Assembly (NCBI RefSeq): GCF_009834535.1
Contig: NC_045696.1
Span: 78,804,001-78,868,000, forward strand
Source: Camelus ferus
Lineage: Eukaryota
Direction of reading: 5' to 3'
Length of the DNA: 64,000 nucleotides
Shown: piece by piece, positions 13,293-27,959 of the stretch
Position numbering within the stretch: the stretch's first letter is position 1
Layout: every line of letters begins with the position of its first letter
Program-made: the position numbers and the translations under genes
The notes under the pieces: model-generated
What the model was told of the DNA's origin: nothing
Seen by the model: the letters and a program-made list of their open reading frames with translations, nothing else
Databases searched by the model: none

Positions 13293-13496
13293 CTTGGCTC
13301 CTGGAACTCCTTTAGATAGGAAACGCTCATTATGATTTACATGACCCTTCAAGGCTAAGCTGTGCCCTGTTTCAAGTCTCCTGTGCCACACTTCTGCCAC
13401 ATGCCACCGTATTCTAGCCAGACACTGTACCCCTTTGCCCTTCTGCATGTGGTTCTATTTTCTCAGATGTCCTCTCTTCTTTCTATTCCTCAATAA

Positions 13497-14045
13497 TGTA
13501 GGGGAACAGCTCTGCCATGGCTCCCTGGCCTTGCACATCCCCGCATAGGTCACGCAGGCAAAAGCTGGAGCCACAGCGGCTCTGAATCTTGGCAGAAGGC
13601 CTTGTGCTCCTTCCAGGGCTTGAGAGGTTGAGGCTTGTGAGGAGCTGCTATGAGGTTGTCTCTCACTCGCCTCCCTGTTTCCCTGGGAGGCTGTTGGGAG
13701 ACGGTTTCTTATCACCTCTGATGAAGTATGAGGCTTTCCATCTTATCGCCTTCAGAGTCTAGCTGCATAAAACCCCTTAGCAACAGTTTAAAACTGAGTC
13801 CTCAGCAATGGGGTATCCCACAGCTCACACTGCAGTCAACCAGCACCTTTTTGTTTTCCTGTCACCCTTTGTGCCGTGTAGGACAAAGACTCAGGGAATT
13901 GTCACTTTTAGCTACTAGTTCTTTCACTGTCCTTGTAATAAACTTCCTGGATCTAGCAGTGGCTCATTATATCTTTACTGGCTGAATAAGTCAGGGCTTA
14001 ACCTTGACCCTTGCCTTGGCTCTGCCTGGTGTTTTGTGCTTAACA
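13497..14045 (+). mobile_element. Solo ERV/ERVL LTR (549 bp)
   Basis: TGTA...AACA ends and near-TSD AATAA/GATAA. TATA-like CATAAAA at ~13766 and AATAAA at ~13937. Confidence 0.7.
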
Positions 14046-14189
14046 GATAATCCCTGGTTCCTTCAAGTCTCAACTCAGCCCTCTCATCACTCTGAAGCCT
14101 TTCCTGACCCACCGGCTGCCTTCCCTGCCCTACTTTTATTATATCTGTAAACACCTCTATCCTAACAATTAAGACATAATCTACCTACA

Positions 14190-14385
14190 TCTGCACTGTC
14201 GATTATGGTAGCTATTAGCCAGATATATGGCTAATAAGCTTTTGAAATGTGGCCAATGGATCACAAATATTTATATGAACAAAAGTATCACATTTTTCTT
14301 GATACATTCAAAATATTGATTACATGTTAAAATAACATTTAGGAGCTTTTATATTGAGTATAGTATTAAAATTAAAGTTACCCAT
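14190..14385. mobile_element. MER3/MER33-like hAT-Charlie remnant
   Basis: CTGCACTGTC..TATGGTAGCTATTAGCCA...TGGCTAATAAGC..TTGAAATGTGGCCA. Confidence 0.6.
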
Positions 14386-14399
14386 TTTCTTTCTTTCTT

Positions 14400-15830
14400 T
14401 TTAAAATAGATTTTATTTTTTAGAGTAGTTTTAGGTTTACAAAAAGTTCCCCAGAAAGTGCAGGGAGTTTTTCACGCCTCCCCTCCTCCCAGCTTTCCCC
14501 TATTTTGAAGATCTTGCATTGGTGTGGTCCATTTGTCACACTGATGAACGAATACTGATACATTATTATTAAGTAAAGTCCACAGTTACAGTAAGGTATA
14601 CTCTTTGTGTTGTATAGTCTGTAGACCATAGTTTCAACAAATGCATAATGTCATGTGCCCATCATTTACAGTGTCATCTGCCATAAGGGAGAATAGTTTC
14701 TCTGCCACAAAAATCCCGTGTCCCATCTATTCATTCCTTTCTTCCCCTAACCCCTGGAAACCACTGATCTTTCTACTGTCTCTTTGGTTTTCTCTTTTTC
14801 AGAATGTCATGTAGTTGGAATCATCCAACATGTAGCCTTTTTAGACTGGCTTCTCTCATTAACAGTAGGCATTTAAATTTTCTCCATGTCCTTTCATGAC
14901 TTGATAGATAATTTCTTTTTTAACTTCACCTAATTGTGATTGGAGAAGATGTTTTGTATGATGTATTTTCAAATCTATTGAGAACTTGTGGCCTAACATA
15001 TAATCTATCTTGGAAAACATCCTATGTGTGTTTGAGAAGAAGGTTTTTGCTGTTGTTGGACAGAGTGTTCTGTATTCTGCTAGATCCAGTTGGTTTATTG
15101 TGTTAAGTCCTCTATTTCCTTACTTATCTTCCGTCTGGTGGTTCTGTCCATACTAATTCAATATCCATACCATTTATAGATCCGTTCAGCCTTTCTGTTT
15201 CTTCATGATTCAGTCTTGGTAGAATGTGTTTTTAGGAATTTATGCATTGCTTCTTTCTTATCTGTTTGTTGATGGTGGTGTTGTTCATAATTGTCTTTTA
15301 TGACTCTTTTTATTTCTGTGGCATCAGCTGTGATGTCTCCTCTTTCATTTCTGACTTTATTTACTTGAGTCTTCTTTTTCCTTAGTCAGCCTAGGTAAAA
15401 GTTTGTTGATTTTGTTTATCTTTTCAAAACCTCAACTCTTAGTTTTATTGGTCTTTTTCTATTGCTTTTCTATTTTCTATTTCATTTATTTCTGTTCTGA
15501 TTTTTATTATTTCCTCCCTTCTGTTAACATGAGGCTTAGTCTGTTCTTTTTCTAGTTCCTTGAGGTATAAAGTTAGATTCTGTATTTAAGATCTTTCTTC
15601 TTTTTTATTTAAAAAATTTTTTTAAATTTATTTTTCCTTTCATCTTTTTTAAGGTAGATATTTACTGCTATAAACTTCCCTCTTCATACTTCTGTTGCTG
15701 CATTCCATAGGTTTTGGTACTTATGATTTTTACTTTTATTTGCCTTAAGGTATTTTCTAATTTCTCTTTTGATTTTTTTTAATCCATTGGTTGTTTAAGG
15801 GTATGTTGTTTAATTTCCATGTATTTGCGA
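14400..15830 (-). mobile_element. L1 composite (L1MC-like 3' end plus ORF2 fragments)
   Basis: TTTTAGAGTAGTTTTAGGTTTACA...CCCTGGAAACCACTGATCT..., followed by T-rich reverse ORF2 motifs (GCTATAAACTTCCCTCT, GTTGTTTAATTTCCATGTATTTG). Confidence 0.85.
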
Positions 15831-18800
15831 TAGATTTTTAAATAAATGTTTTAGCATGTATATGGCTTTCATGACAATTTTTTTTTAATCTCTATGCCTG
15901 TGGGGCCTTTAACAACTCCTTTCTTCTCTGCAGGATCCCATGCTCATCTCTATAATTATACATATTACATTCCATTCTAATAGTTGTTTATACAATTGCA
16001 CGCAGCACCCTGAAATGTGAGTACATGAAAGGCACATTCTCATCTAGTCTTCACAGTGCCTAGCTCAGTGTTTTAGTGGTTTATGGGTGTAAGTAAATAT
16101 TTGCTGAATCAGTGAATAAATTAATAGATTCAAATATTTATGGGGTCAGCTGTGTCCTAACATCCCCAACCAGTAAGCATATGCACCAGGAAAACTGTAT
16201 GCTATAAATGTTAAGTTTAGAAAGCTTGCACGATTTTAAGAAGCACAAGGTTTTGAAAGGAGAAAGTGGCATCCATGTCTTAACCCCAGGAGGCACAACA
16301 AGTAATCCGTGTCTGAAGGGCACGAATAACACTTCATTACAAAAGTCAATTTCCTACCATATCCCTGGAGCAGCTAACACAGGAATTGTCAGTTTTCAAC
16401 CTATTTGCAACTGCTTTATTTTATTTTCTTCTTCAAGGGCAATATGGATTTTAGTAATTTTAGTGCTCTAGAGAAACAGTGCATTTGAGTATAAGCCTCT
16501 GTTCAAATAATGCAGGTAGCTGACCCTTTAATTCTCTGAATGGTATATTGTTGTTTTGTTGTTTCTCTCAGTGAAATAAAAGACTAGAACATTTTTAGAA
16601 TAAGTTTAGGAGCAGACAGTGAGCCAGAGGAAAAGATAAAGGGAGGAAGTCTAGAAAATTTATATGTATCAGTTGCTCACTGCATACTGCTCAGCCTACA
16701 GCAATCAAAGCACTTTTAAATTTGTAAAACCAATATGTGGTATTGTTTTTTGAATGAAACAGATTTCAAAGATAATTTGCTTTAATGTTAAATTTTTAAG
16801 TTTTTGCATATTTCATCAAGTATTTATATACTAATACGATCATAAATTTAATTATATGAAAGGGTTTATATGTTGTTAGGAAAGGCTTTTGTTTCTACCT
16901 ATATATTTTTTGCCTTATGTTTAATTTTTACATGTCTAATTTGGCAAGTCTTTATTTCTACTAATCACAAGTAGAAATTCCCAACTACATTCAAGGAATT
17001 TAAGGATTGTTTGATGTAATTGGCACAAGCAGTTTTGGTGACAAACCATGCTGATAACTCTCTCTTGAACCTGACCAGAATAATAGCATATCTAATAATA
17101 GAACAGAAGTTCAGGGGGGGAAATAATGATTCTATAGAGCACCAAAACAAGAGCACCAAGGGGCCTTGGTAGTTTGATTGGAAGAGCTTAGAAAAGGAAA
17201 TGTGAAGTCATATGAAATAATTTTTTTTTTTGGTCCTTTACAAAATTTTGCCCTTACGGTTTACAAAATGCTTTCACATGTATGTTTTTCATATGTATTG
17301 TGATCTTCAACTCCATACTGTTATCTTCATGGGTCAGGGGTTCAGAGAAATTAAGCAACATCCCCGACATCACTCATCTCAAAGGGGTGGCAGAGATGCC
17401 AGTTGAACTCTTGTCGTCCAAGGGCTTGTTTTACAGGCAACTGCTAGGAACATATCTGTTCAGTGCATGTGTTATGAAACATCTCATTCAGCCTTGAGAA
17501 GAAAAGCAAAAGTACCCTACTTCCTGGAACAAACCAACCAATCCCTGACAACATGTAAACAAGTACATCCATGTGTAAACAAACTTCATTGCCAGCACTG
17601 AAGTAATTGATGCAAATCAGTTTCTTCCAGATTTTGTACAGGCTTGTGACAGATGAGTGTTAGAATGCTTCAACTGATCTCATACAGAGTCTACTTGCGG
17701 TAGTATTCTGTAATGGCATAAGAACAACAATTTCTTTTTGGAATCCTTGTTAATTGCTTTCAGAGTATCAGCTACTCACCACAATGTCACTTCTGAATGG
17801 TAGTTGTTTAATATTTATAGAGTTCTTGTACATGTTAGATTCTGTGTAGAATATAAACAGCCTAAATCTCTGTTCCTTGGAGCAGTAGTTGCCAAGCTCA
17901 CACCACCAAGGGCCCTTCTTATAAGTTGTCTCTCCACTGACTTCAGACAAATATTTTGTCTTCCAAGTAAACAGTTTACAATAATTTGCTGTGGTTTTAC
18001 ATTGGGAAAAGAGGATTTTTCAAATATTTAAATTGGCTTGGGTTTCTATGGCTACTTCTTGGATGTCTGGATTCCAAGAATTCTAGGCTCTCTTGTGCCA
18101 AGGTTTGGCTCCGTGGCCAGCCCACACAGCCACACGCACAGAGCAGGCAGGACTTCCATAATGGCGCTAGAGCGGTGACCACCTACACCTTTGCCTGGAC
18201 ACACTCCATACCTTAGAATCCCCACATTTTTACTGTTTCTTTGGGTGAATTGAATCTAGACTCCAGAAGGGTCTTATTTTTCAGTCCAGAAACAGCTCTG
18301 AATGAAAGAACACTGTACAATATTAAGAGTTAGAGGCTTAAAAAGTCCTGGGCATAGAATTGGACAAACTTGAGAGAAGTTTACTAAGTGAGAGGGGGCT
18401 GGATGTGGGAAGATTAGACTGAGGAGGGTGTGGGAAGCTTGGAGACGACTTGACTTAGATGCTTGGGAGATACTAAGGTGGTGAGCAGTAGCTAAGTGGT
18501 TACTTGGTTCACTGAGTTTAATCCATCTCCATGCTAACACGTGTCTTCTTCTGTTTCGGTTTAGTAACCTCCTACTGCAACTACACACGTAACATTCTTT
18601 AGAAAACACCGATTTTTTTTTTCTCTCCTGCTTTCGTCTTTTTGCAATTGGTGGGATAACTCTTCCCTGATGGCGTCTGTGCTCAGGTTTAAGAGTGCTC
18701 AGAGTTCTTATAATTCTATTGAATTGACCTTATGGATATTGATTATTAGCAAGGGTTACAGCCTAGTACTGAGCGGATTATATATTCAAATAGGATTTAT

Positions 18801-19379
18801 CTTAGGTTGTGATATGATATACTACTGTTGGCATCAAAAACGTACCCCTAGCGGTGTAGTCCCACACAAGCACTTAAACTTTAGTGTACGCTCTGGTTAC
18901 TCTGGATTGGAGAAACATCCACAAGTAGTATTCCTTCATGTTTAGTGGACGAGCACCAAGTGTCCTTGGTGATCTGACTGGAAGACCTTATAAAAGACAG
19001 CCTAGAGGAGGGAATTAGGAAATGTAAGATCCTATTGTGAAAGAAGATAAAGCCAAGAGAAGATTTAGAGGCCAATGTTTCTCAAACCAGAAGAGTTCAG
19101 TCTGAAATGTTAGCTGAAATTGGGCTCCTCGAGATTTAACCAGATGGCAGAAATGTAACTTCAAGTACATCTTTAGTGAAGAAATAAAACCATGTACAAA
19201 AAAAATGTGTTTACATACATGCATACATTAATACAGAATATTTCTCTCTCTATAATATTCTTAAGCAATGGGAATTTCTATTGAAAATTCTGGTCTGGTT
19301 ACTGTTCCAGATTGGTCAGAACCATGGTTAGCAAACCAGGTGTATAAATCACACTCTGTTGGGTAGTTGTTTAATTTAA

Positions 19380-19680
19380 ACATTTAAAAAAATTGTAAAA
19401 TACAATATACATTTTCAAAGGTATAAAACATTAATATATAGCTTAATGAATTATTGTAAACACTAATACCTGTGTAGCCACCTCTCAGTTCAAGTAGGAG
19501 AATGTTGCCAGCACCTCTGAAGGCCTCCGTGTGTCCCTCTGCAAATTTCACCCTCCATCCCTCCTTAGACGTAACCACTGATCCAGCTTCTCTAATAAGC
19601 ACTTCTTTGTTTTGTTTTATAAATTTAACTTCAAAGATTGCACTCCTGAACAATAGAATTTAGTCCTGCTTGTTTATGAA
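19380..19680 (-). mobile_element. Old L1 (L1ME-like) 3' fragment
   Basis: ATATAGCTTAATGAATTATTGTAAA...CCTGTGTAGCCACC...GCCAGCACCTCTGAAGGCCTCC...GTAACCACTG. Confidence 0.65.
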
Positions 19681-22600
19681 GACAATATAGTTTTGTTTAG
19701 AAATGATCAGCGTGTTCAGAAGCCCAGGTCATCACTACTTAGTACGGACCAAGCGCAGTCAACATGCTCCACTGATAGCATGAGATGCAAAGTGTGTTCC
19801 CCTCAAACAGCTTAGCAACGTCTATGTTGGCCAGAAGTTAATTTTCAAACAATATTTTCTACCATTTAAGCTCTTTTCCTCTTGATTTCTTCTTTTTAAT
19901 CTCCCTGCTCCTTTAAAAATGTCCCTGGATGTAAAAGTCAAAACACAGTTTCATAATAAAGCTTTTTTTTTTTGTAGGTCATGGGCTGTTTCTATACTCA
20001 TAGCTGTAGACTGCTCCAGCCTTGACTTTGATTCAGCTCATCAGCTGCCATTTCTCTACACAGCAGTGTGACTGGCAGAAGCTGGGATGTATTGACTGGC
20101 TCAGTCTTGCAGAAGTCTATGAAGAGTGTTGAGTTGCTTGAAAGAAAGTTGTGGCTTGGACAACTCTTAGCACCATTCTGCCATCTCCTGTGTAGACTAG
20201 TCTATTGATCTCATAAAACTTATAGATGTACTTCAAATTGTTTTACTTGTACAAACCAATCTAAGAAGAGTTTAGCCCTTTAAAAAGCAGCTGCAGGGCA
20301 TAGAAAGGCTAAGAGTTCAATGCCTCTGAGTATTTGAGGCTAGTAGAAAAAAATGAAGTTATTTTTCTTCAGATCAAAAAAGACTAACGGGACAAAGACT
20401 CCAACACATTAATAAATGAGACATGACCCTTTCCGCTGATCCCAGATATTAAAGTTGCTTTTCCAAAATAAGAGTTTTATTTTTCAAGAGAGACAGGGTC
20501 ATGTGGGAAAGAAAAAGGTCAGAAAAATAAAAGGTGATGTCACTTTCTAGTTATAATTAATAACTAGAAACACAATGAGAAATGTCAAGAAAGTAAAAAA
20601 ATACAATTTTAAATGACTATTTTAATCTAGAACATTGTTTTCAAAAGAGGAAAAGACTTTCGAACACAAATTTGTGTGTTTTTAATCAGATACAGCTCAG
20701 TTGAAATTAGATTAAATACCAGAGCACGTGGGATTAATCTTTTTTAGTTCATCATGTGGAAAAAAAAAAGATAAATCACCCTATGGCCACAGTCTCTTCC
20801 TTATTTTGGGAACAGTGCATAACAACATGTTAAAAGACTCTGTAATGTGGGAAATTTAAAATATATACAAAAGTAAAATAATAATGACTTCATGTTTTCA
20901 TCACCCAGTTTCAAAAATGAGCATCTCAGGATTAATGGTACTGAACACCTCATCATTTCATTAGCAAAGAACATTTTAGCACTCATCTCCAAAGACATGG
21001 ATGCTTATTGTCATTTTCATAGTTACCATTGATGTTTTATGTTTGTAAATCCCTTCTCTTGAATAATGACTCCACTTTTTCTTCTCCTTCATAGTAATTC
21101 TCAAATATTAGTGGGTGAGCATCGTCAGGAAGGCATTGGGGACAGAGCTCAAGAATGTTCATTTTAAACACACAGGCTGGAAAGTTTGATACAGTTGATC
21201 TGAAGAGCACACTTGGAGAAACATGACTGGAAATTCATACTAGAGTTTCAAAGTAATTCAGTGAAGTTAAAAGTAAAGTATTTCACCTGAAGTCTACATT
21301 CGAAGTTTTTCCTCTATGTCCATTGTAAGTATTTAGAACTCATCAGTGTAACATTATTTGCCATTTCCCCTTGTGATGAGTTTACATTCGTTCTCTGCTT
21401 AAATGATTTTTAAGTTTCATGGAAGTGAAACCTATATGTTGTACTCTTACATAAGTCGAAGTTTTATCACTTCTTTTAGGAGCTGTTTGCTTTAGGAAGC
21501 AGTGTCCTGTCTATACTTTTTGCTATGGGAAATATTAAATATTTAATTTTATAAACTGCACAACTGAAGTACTCTTCAGGAAGGGAGAGAGAAATTTGGT
21601 TTCTCTTGGGAAAAAATAACCTGGCTAAACACAAAAAGGCATTCTTCTTATTGGTTAAAGCAAAGTTAGAAAATCATTCATCTGGTAGAGAAATGCTTGC
21701 TATGCTCTACTTCTTTCAGACTCTGCCCATGAGAAAGAGGCAGACAGATAAAAGATGAGTGGGGGGACTTAAAAGCCAGGCTTAAAACCTTTGGCCAAAA
21801 TTCTTGGAGTATTCTTGGATCATTGTGCGGAAAAGCTAATGATTGCTCTAAGTTGTAAGTAAGCAGAGGTTCTTACTAGAAAGACAAAAGTTTTACCTGT
21901 TCAAGGAAGTTAAACAGACATTGAAAAACACTCTCAGCCAGCATCCTTATAAGGGATTTGGATCTCTACTGTCCAAAAGGGGAGGTCTGACCAGAGGAGA
22001 TGCACAGTCACCAAAAATTACAAAAGAAAAATGAAAATCAAAGATCAGCTTTCAGGCTCATAAAGCAGCATTTGCCCTTGTCTTGGCTGCCCATGCTGGA
22101 CTCCAAATGAAAGAGACCTCACCCTGGAAACCTACGTTTTCAACTTATTTTCCTAAACATCCCAGTGGTACACATCCCATCTTTTGTTCTTCTTGGTCTT
22201 TTCTCTGACCTCAGATCAGGTCCAGATAAGTCACTGCTTCATGCCTTCAGTGAGGCTGTATTTCAGACGGCTGGGATCCTGTTTCTGTAGCTCCCCTTGC
22301 CCTGTTTCCTGAAGATGTAGAGGAAGGAGGATTGAGGAGGCCCCAGGACCTCTGCCCTAGGAAGGAGCAGCTCAGGGTTCCCAGGACAGCTCATAAGCTT
22401 CTTCCTCACACCCTTTCCCAGATGCAGGCAGAAGTCAGATTTCTTTGTGGAATATTTTCAACCTCTAAAATGTGTTCCAAATTGTGGAAATAGAAGGACT
22501 CTGACTACTGGTGCCCTAGGAATACCAGATTGCAAATGAGCACCACCTTCTGTGTAATATTTGGTGGCTTCTCATCGTTCTTGCATCATTCAAGGGGGCT

Positions 22601-25187
22601 CTTGAGACGGAGGTCTACATATATGTATGAGCAATGGTAAGAATATGCCTGGGGAGGAAGATGAATTGAGTTATTAAGATAGAGGCTGATAACTTCCATC
22701 ATATTCAGTTTCTTATGCTTTTAGGATAAAGGTAAGTATAGATGTTGCAAGAAGGTCTAAAGAACATTTTCACACCAAAGCCTGGTGCCAGCTTAATGTC
22801 ATTTTTGTACAGTTGCAAGTATATTTGAGTTCCTCCTTGGTCACTGGTTGTACAAGTCGGCTGGAAGCTGTTAGCAGATGTAACAAGTCGATGTGGCACT
22901 GAAGGTTGAAGAAAAGCAATGGAAATGAAACTCAATTTCAATGGAAGAAAACAGTATAGGTAGAGGAATGCTGGAGCTATATCCAAATTCTATGGTGTTA
23001 AGTAAACGCAGGTACGTGCTAGTGGAAGTATAGGAATAAAAATTCTCTAGTGATCAAAAGACTTGCCCTACTAAGGCAGCCAGTTTGATTTCTGAGCTGG
23101 GGATTTGCTCACATAGTCTGTGGGTTCCTAAAACAGTGTCATCAAAAGTCAGAGACATTTGGAACAAAAATACCCTGATTATAGAGGGTATGTGCTTCCA
23201 GTATTTGGTTGTAAAGTGTCGTACTATAGGCAACTTACAGCCAAATATTTCAGTCAGAAGAGGGAGGTGGATAAAACAAATGTGGCAAAATGTTAACAAC
23301 TGGTGAATCTCAGTGAAAGGGATCACTCTTTCAAAGCTTCTGTGGCTTTGAAAATTTGAAAATAAAAGCTGGAGAGTGAAAAGAAACACTACAAGTATAT
23401 TTATAAATATGACGGTAAGACCTACATAAAATAGTCAAAAAGAGTTGAAATTGATTGTCTCCGGAGCTAAGAATCCGGTCATAGTGGCTGACTGCTTTTT
23501 TTCATTTTACGACTTTTAGTACTACTTGAGTCTTTAAGCTATGAGTGCAATACTTTGACAAAAATTAAACACTGACTTTAAAAGAAAAAAATCAAACAGG
23601 CAAACTGGGGGATCAGACTGCCAAATGCTTCATGGAATCAGAAAACCCATTGATAAATATGCTAGAACAGTTTTATCTACGTGTATAAGGGGAAAAGTGT
23701 ACCATCTCAAAGAAGAATAGAATCACCCCAGGAAGAGGGTGACAGCCACGTCGGGGAGCAGGTCAAAGATGGAGTACAGGGAACCTGAGTGTCAGGAGAG
23801 GGGACCACATTCTCTATGGCTGCTCAATTCAGTCCTTCTTAAGAAGCAATACAAGATAATTCATTCAAGAAGGATTACCGACTTAGACCACTTCCCAGAT
23901 CAAATAAAGTCACTAGATGCTTTTACTGACATCTTAAAAGTCATCGTCGATCCCTCAGCTTCATGGATAGGTTGTAGGTCCTCCTATAAAACTAATTTAC
24001 TAACTACTGGTTCTTGTTCAAGACGTCAGAGATCATTGTGGGCTAGAGGAATGCAGAGAGTTACTTCATATTTTATGATTATAATGGGGAAGGAGCTCAC
24101 CATTCTGGTTGTTTATGTTTTTATTTTATTGTCAGTTTGTTGAACAAAAACACCAGGTTCCCTAGGAAGAAGGGGGATCTTGGAGATACTTCACTGTGTT
24201 GTTAAAGTTGTATCAGTGTACTTTCAAATGGCCTCAGCCTTGATCCCTAAAAGGAAGTATAAGTCATGGGTGGTAGCCAGAGTGGGCTCTGGACCACTGA
24301 GAAGCTTGGGTGGTGGGTGAGTGATAGGATAAGTACTTGACGTGCTCCTGACATATGCATTAGTGGGGACAATCATCAATTTCAACAAGAGATTTAGGAT
24401 GACATGACCACGGTTTGGACCATGATTCTGATTCTTGGCACAAGTGAATCTGGGCTGCCAGTCCTCATTCTCTGCTCTGCTATTCCATTCTTGGTCCTGG
24501 CTGAGGTGCAAGAACCATGCAGCTTCACTGATCACTGATCTTGCCTCTTGTCAAAGCTGGTGAAATGACCGTGTCTGTCTCTTCAGAGATTGTTGGAAGC
24601 TGCAACTCATTGCTGAGCTGCCTCAGAGGCCATGCTATCCAAACAACTTTGCTTCAAAATGAAGAAATCCTAAACCAGCATCAGTCTTTGTGCAAGTGAG
24701 AACTAAACCTTTATTATGTTAAACCATGACTGAGAATTTGGTATCTTTACTGTGGCAGCTGAAAATGGTTATCCTCTTTAGATGCAATATGATTTGGAGA
24801 AAGAAGTGGAAGATCCCCATTTGTGGAAGATCCCCAGTTCTACAGTGAATCACTACATGGAGTCAGGGACCTCAGAGTTATTCGGGGGATAAGGGTGCTG
24901 AGTTCTACAGCAAGAGAGCAGATCCCACATCTGTGATTAGGTCCTGGTTCCTGGCTGGCAGAATTGGGTGGGAGACTTCAGCAGCTGCCGCAAGCCAAGC
25001 CCTGCAGCAACTCTCAGTTGCTGCATGGAGAGAGAAAAATCAGTTACTTAAGGAGACAGAGAGGCTCATTAAAGATATTACTCCAGGGTATTCTGATGTG
25101 TAGGTCCCAGATGTCTTCCTCAAGACCACTGGAGAGAGGGATATGAGATAACCGCCTGCTCTCCAGTCCTGGGTGAAAAGGGGGCTA

Positions 25188-25676
25188 TGTCAGTCATGTA
25201 GTGATTGGTCTCAGACCCACTGCCAGATTTCTCCTGCTCTGTATCACAAGGGGTTAACCCAGACAGTTTTCATTTGATTTGGCCAACAGTGAATTGGCAG
25301 AAAATTGGAATCCAGAGAAATCAAGGGTCCAGAGTTTTACTCCCCCTTAACACTCTGACTTAGGCAATGTTCATGGTGATGGCTGTGTCTCTTTGACTGG
25401 TATCAGCTTACCATACAGTTTACCCCCTGGTGATCTCGGTTTCTATCCGGCATCCCTGACTCCTGGGGTCTAGCAATTTCATATTCTTTTTTAAATCCCT
25501 GCAGCCTGGGGGACAAGAGTAGCTTTCTACTGTTGCTGATGTAAGGGTTCTCTCATTACCCTTTTTGGTTTTGCATCCCTTCCAACACCTTTTAACTAGT
25601 TCCCTGTATTTAAGGTCCCTTTGAACCACCTGTCAGGGGCTGTTTTACTGATTGGATCTGGCTGACTTGGACTGTA
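25188..25676. mobile_element. Old ERVL-type LTR (LTR33-like)
   Basis: TGTCAGTCATGTAGTGATTGGTCTCAGACCCAC... start and CCTGCAGCCTGGGGG...AGCTTTCTACTGTTGCT motif. Degenerate. Confidence 0.45.
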
Positions 25677-27959
25677 CACCCTGCTGGGGTTCCAGGAGCC
25701 AGAGTTGGATACGGCATGGAATGGACCTCTAGATATAGGGGAAAAGATAGAGGGTGATACCACTGGAATTGTGGGGAGATTTGGAAAAGAGTCTTAGGAG
25801 AATAGGACACTGAGGAGGGAGGATGTCTTTTATGGGACACCCACATTTGAGCTCTTAGGTCAGGAGTGTGAATGTTCTGCACCATCTTGGCCATGTCTTG
25901 GTCTCTCCATTTTGAGCAGGTGTACTTAAGAAATCCTCAGAGTACCTACCTTCCCTCCTACTAGCTCATTAGCAGTACCTGAATCTGGGTTTCTCTCCTA
26001 ATGAACAACTAGACTCCCTCTCCTCCTGGTGTCCAGGGTCAGACCTAGAGCTCAGTCATATAGAAGGCTGTCTCTGGAATGTCTAAGCTGGTTTTCTTAG
26101 GTCAGCTTTTCTCTTCCATCCAGATGGTTTGCCTTCTGCAGACGGTAAGGCCACATGCAGACTCTGACCAGCTTCCTAGGAGAGGCACAGAACCATGCCA
26201 ACGCTTTAAACTGTTAGATTCAGGTTTACAAATGTAATTATCGCAGTGAAAAATAAGGACTTAAAAGTAATTAAACCAATATATTTCTTATTTTTTCTGA
26301 ACATAGTGAAGCATTATTTTAATGTTAAATATAATTAACACTGCCTATTAATACAATAAAAGTTTATCAACTTAATTATTGATCGAGCATAAAAATGTAC
26401 TATGTTCTATCAATAGCACTTAATATAGACTTAACTAATGTCCATTTATTTTTTTTTGAATCATTTAGTGAGTATTCCAGTATGCTCTTTAAGCAGCCTC
26501 TTATGGACTACTTTGGGTTCATTATATTTCTACTCAATTCTTCTAATATTATTTGCTATTTTTTTTTAAATCAAGAGCCTGTATGTGTTTGTAAAGAACC
26601 AATGATGCCACAATAATAATATCCTTAAAAAATCGCATATAGGTTCCCGGATCGTCTACTTATATGCTCACTATTCACACTGAAACGTGAGAGACAAAGA
26701 AAAATAAGAGGTGAACTTAAACCCCATGAACTTAAATCTGTTCTAAGCTTTTGGTGAGAAGATATAAATTGCTAAGGAGGAACTTTAAAGACCAAACTGA
26801 AAAACACTCTATTTCTTTGTAGCATGCTTCATTTCATGGGTTTTTAAACTTAACCACAGTGATATGTTCTCACGATGGCAGAGATGCTCCACAATTGTTT
26901 GCACAATTCCACTCAGGCAAACTGGGTCAGGCGAGGAGGCATGATTGAAATGACAAATCATCCAAGTTCCCTTTCAATTCTTCCTCCTCTCTCTTTCTCT
27001 GTCTCCATCTCCAACCTATTATTTAAGGTCAACTAAAGCCCTGTTTGTTTTGTACAAATTTTCTTCTTTGGGCACTCTCTGCTTTTCCCTAACCTGTTTG
27101 GTTTTGCTGTTGGTACCTGTAATTAGCACATTACACAGTGGAAAGTTTTAGTCCAGTTTTTCCCATTGTATAATGTGAAAATTTTTTTTTCTTCAGATAT
27201 GACATCATTTAAATTGAAAAGAAAAACCAGGAGAGCAGGCATACTGGAAAAACCTCAAACAAGACTAAATAGTTTTAGTTAAGATGGGAAGTCTTTCTAT
27301 TTTTCCTCTCCAGGAACATTTCCTCCACAGATGTAACTATCTCAACACAACATTTTCCCAAGTGTGCCTTCATGCTTCTCTGCCTTTGCCCATCATTTTT
27401 TTCTTATCCTGGAATTCATTCTCACATTCTCTGCCCATCTTTCCAGAGTCTTAAAAGTGACATGCTCTGTAGACTCCTCCTTGGTATGCTCAGTCAGTGT
27501 TTTGTTCTCTGTATTCCCTCGATACGCTGCTTGGACCACTGTTCAACACTCATTTCATTCTGTCCTGTTTTGCAACAAGTTCTTTATTGCGTATTAGCTT
27601 CACTTCAATATAGTATGATATTCTTTCCCGGAGGGAAGGAGCCCATTTTACTCATCTTTGTATCTCTTACAAAATCAAACCCAGCCACACTTACGATATA
27701 CTTAAGTCAGCGAACTGAATGTATATATATCCATTATCTGTTTTATGAGGCTTTGTCACAGCCAGACTGTCAGCATCTTTGGGGCAGAGGCTGAGATGTT
27801 TTGTAATACAATAGAAATGAAGTTAGTTAAAATATTTCAACCACATCTTTCTGTATGTTTTGCTTTTTAAAAAAGTTATTTAATTTATAAAAATTCATTT
27901 GGACATCACAAATACTATATCGGTAGGCTGCATTGTCTAAAGAAAAAAAATACATGGTC

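Noticed and set aside
19962..20030. Strong plus-strand acceptor (T-run + GTAG) followed by ATG
   Set aside because: The frame stops after ~15 codons and I found no partner exon. It cannot be supported without RNA data.
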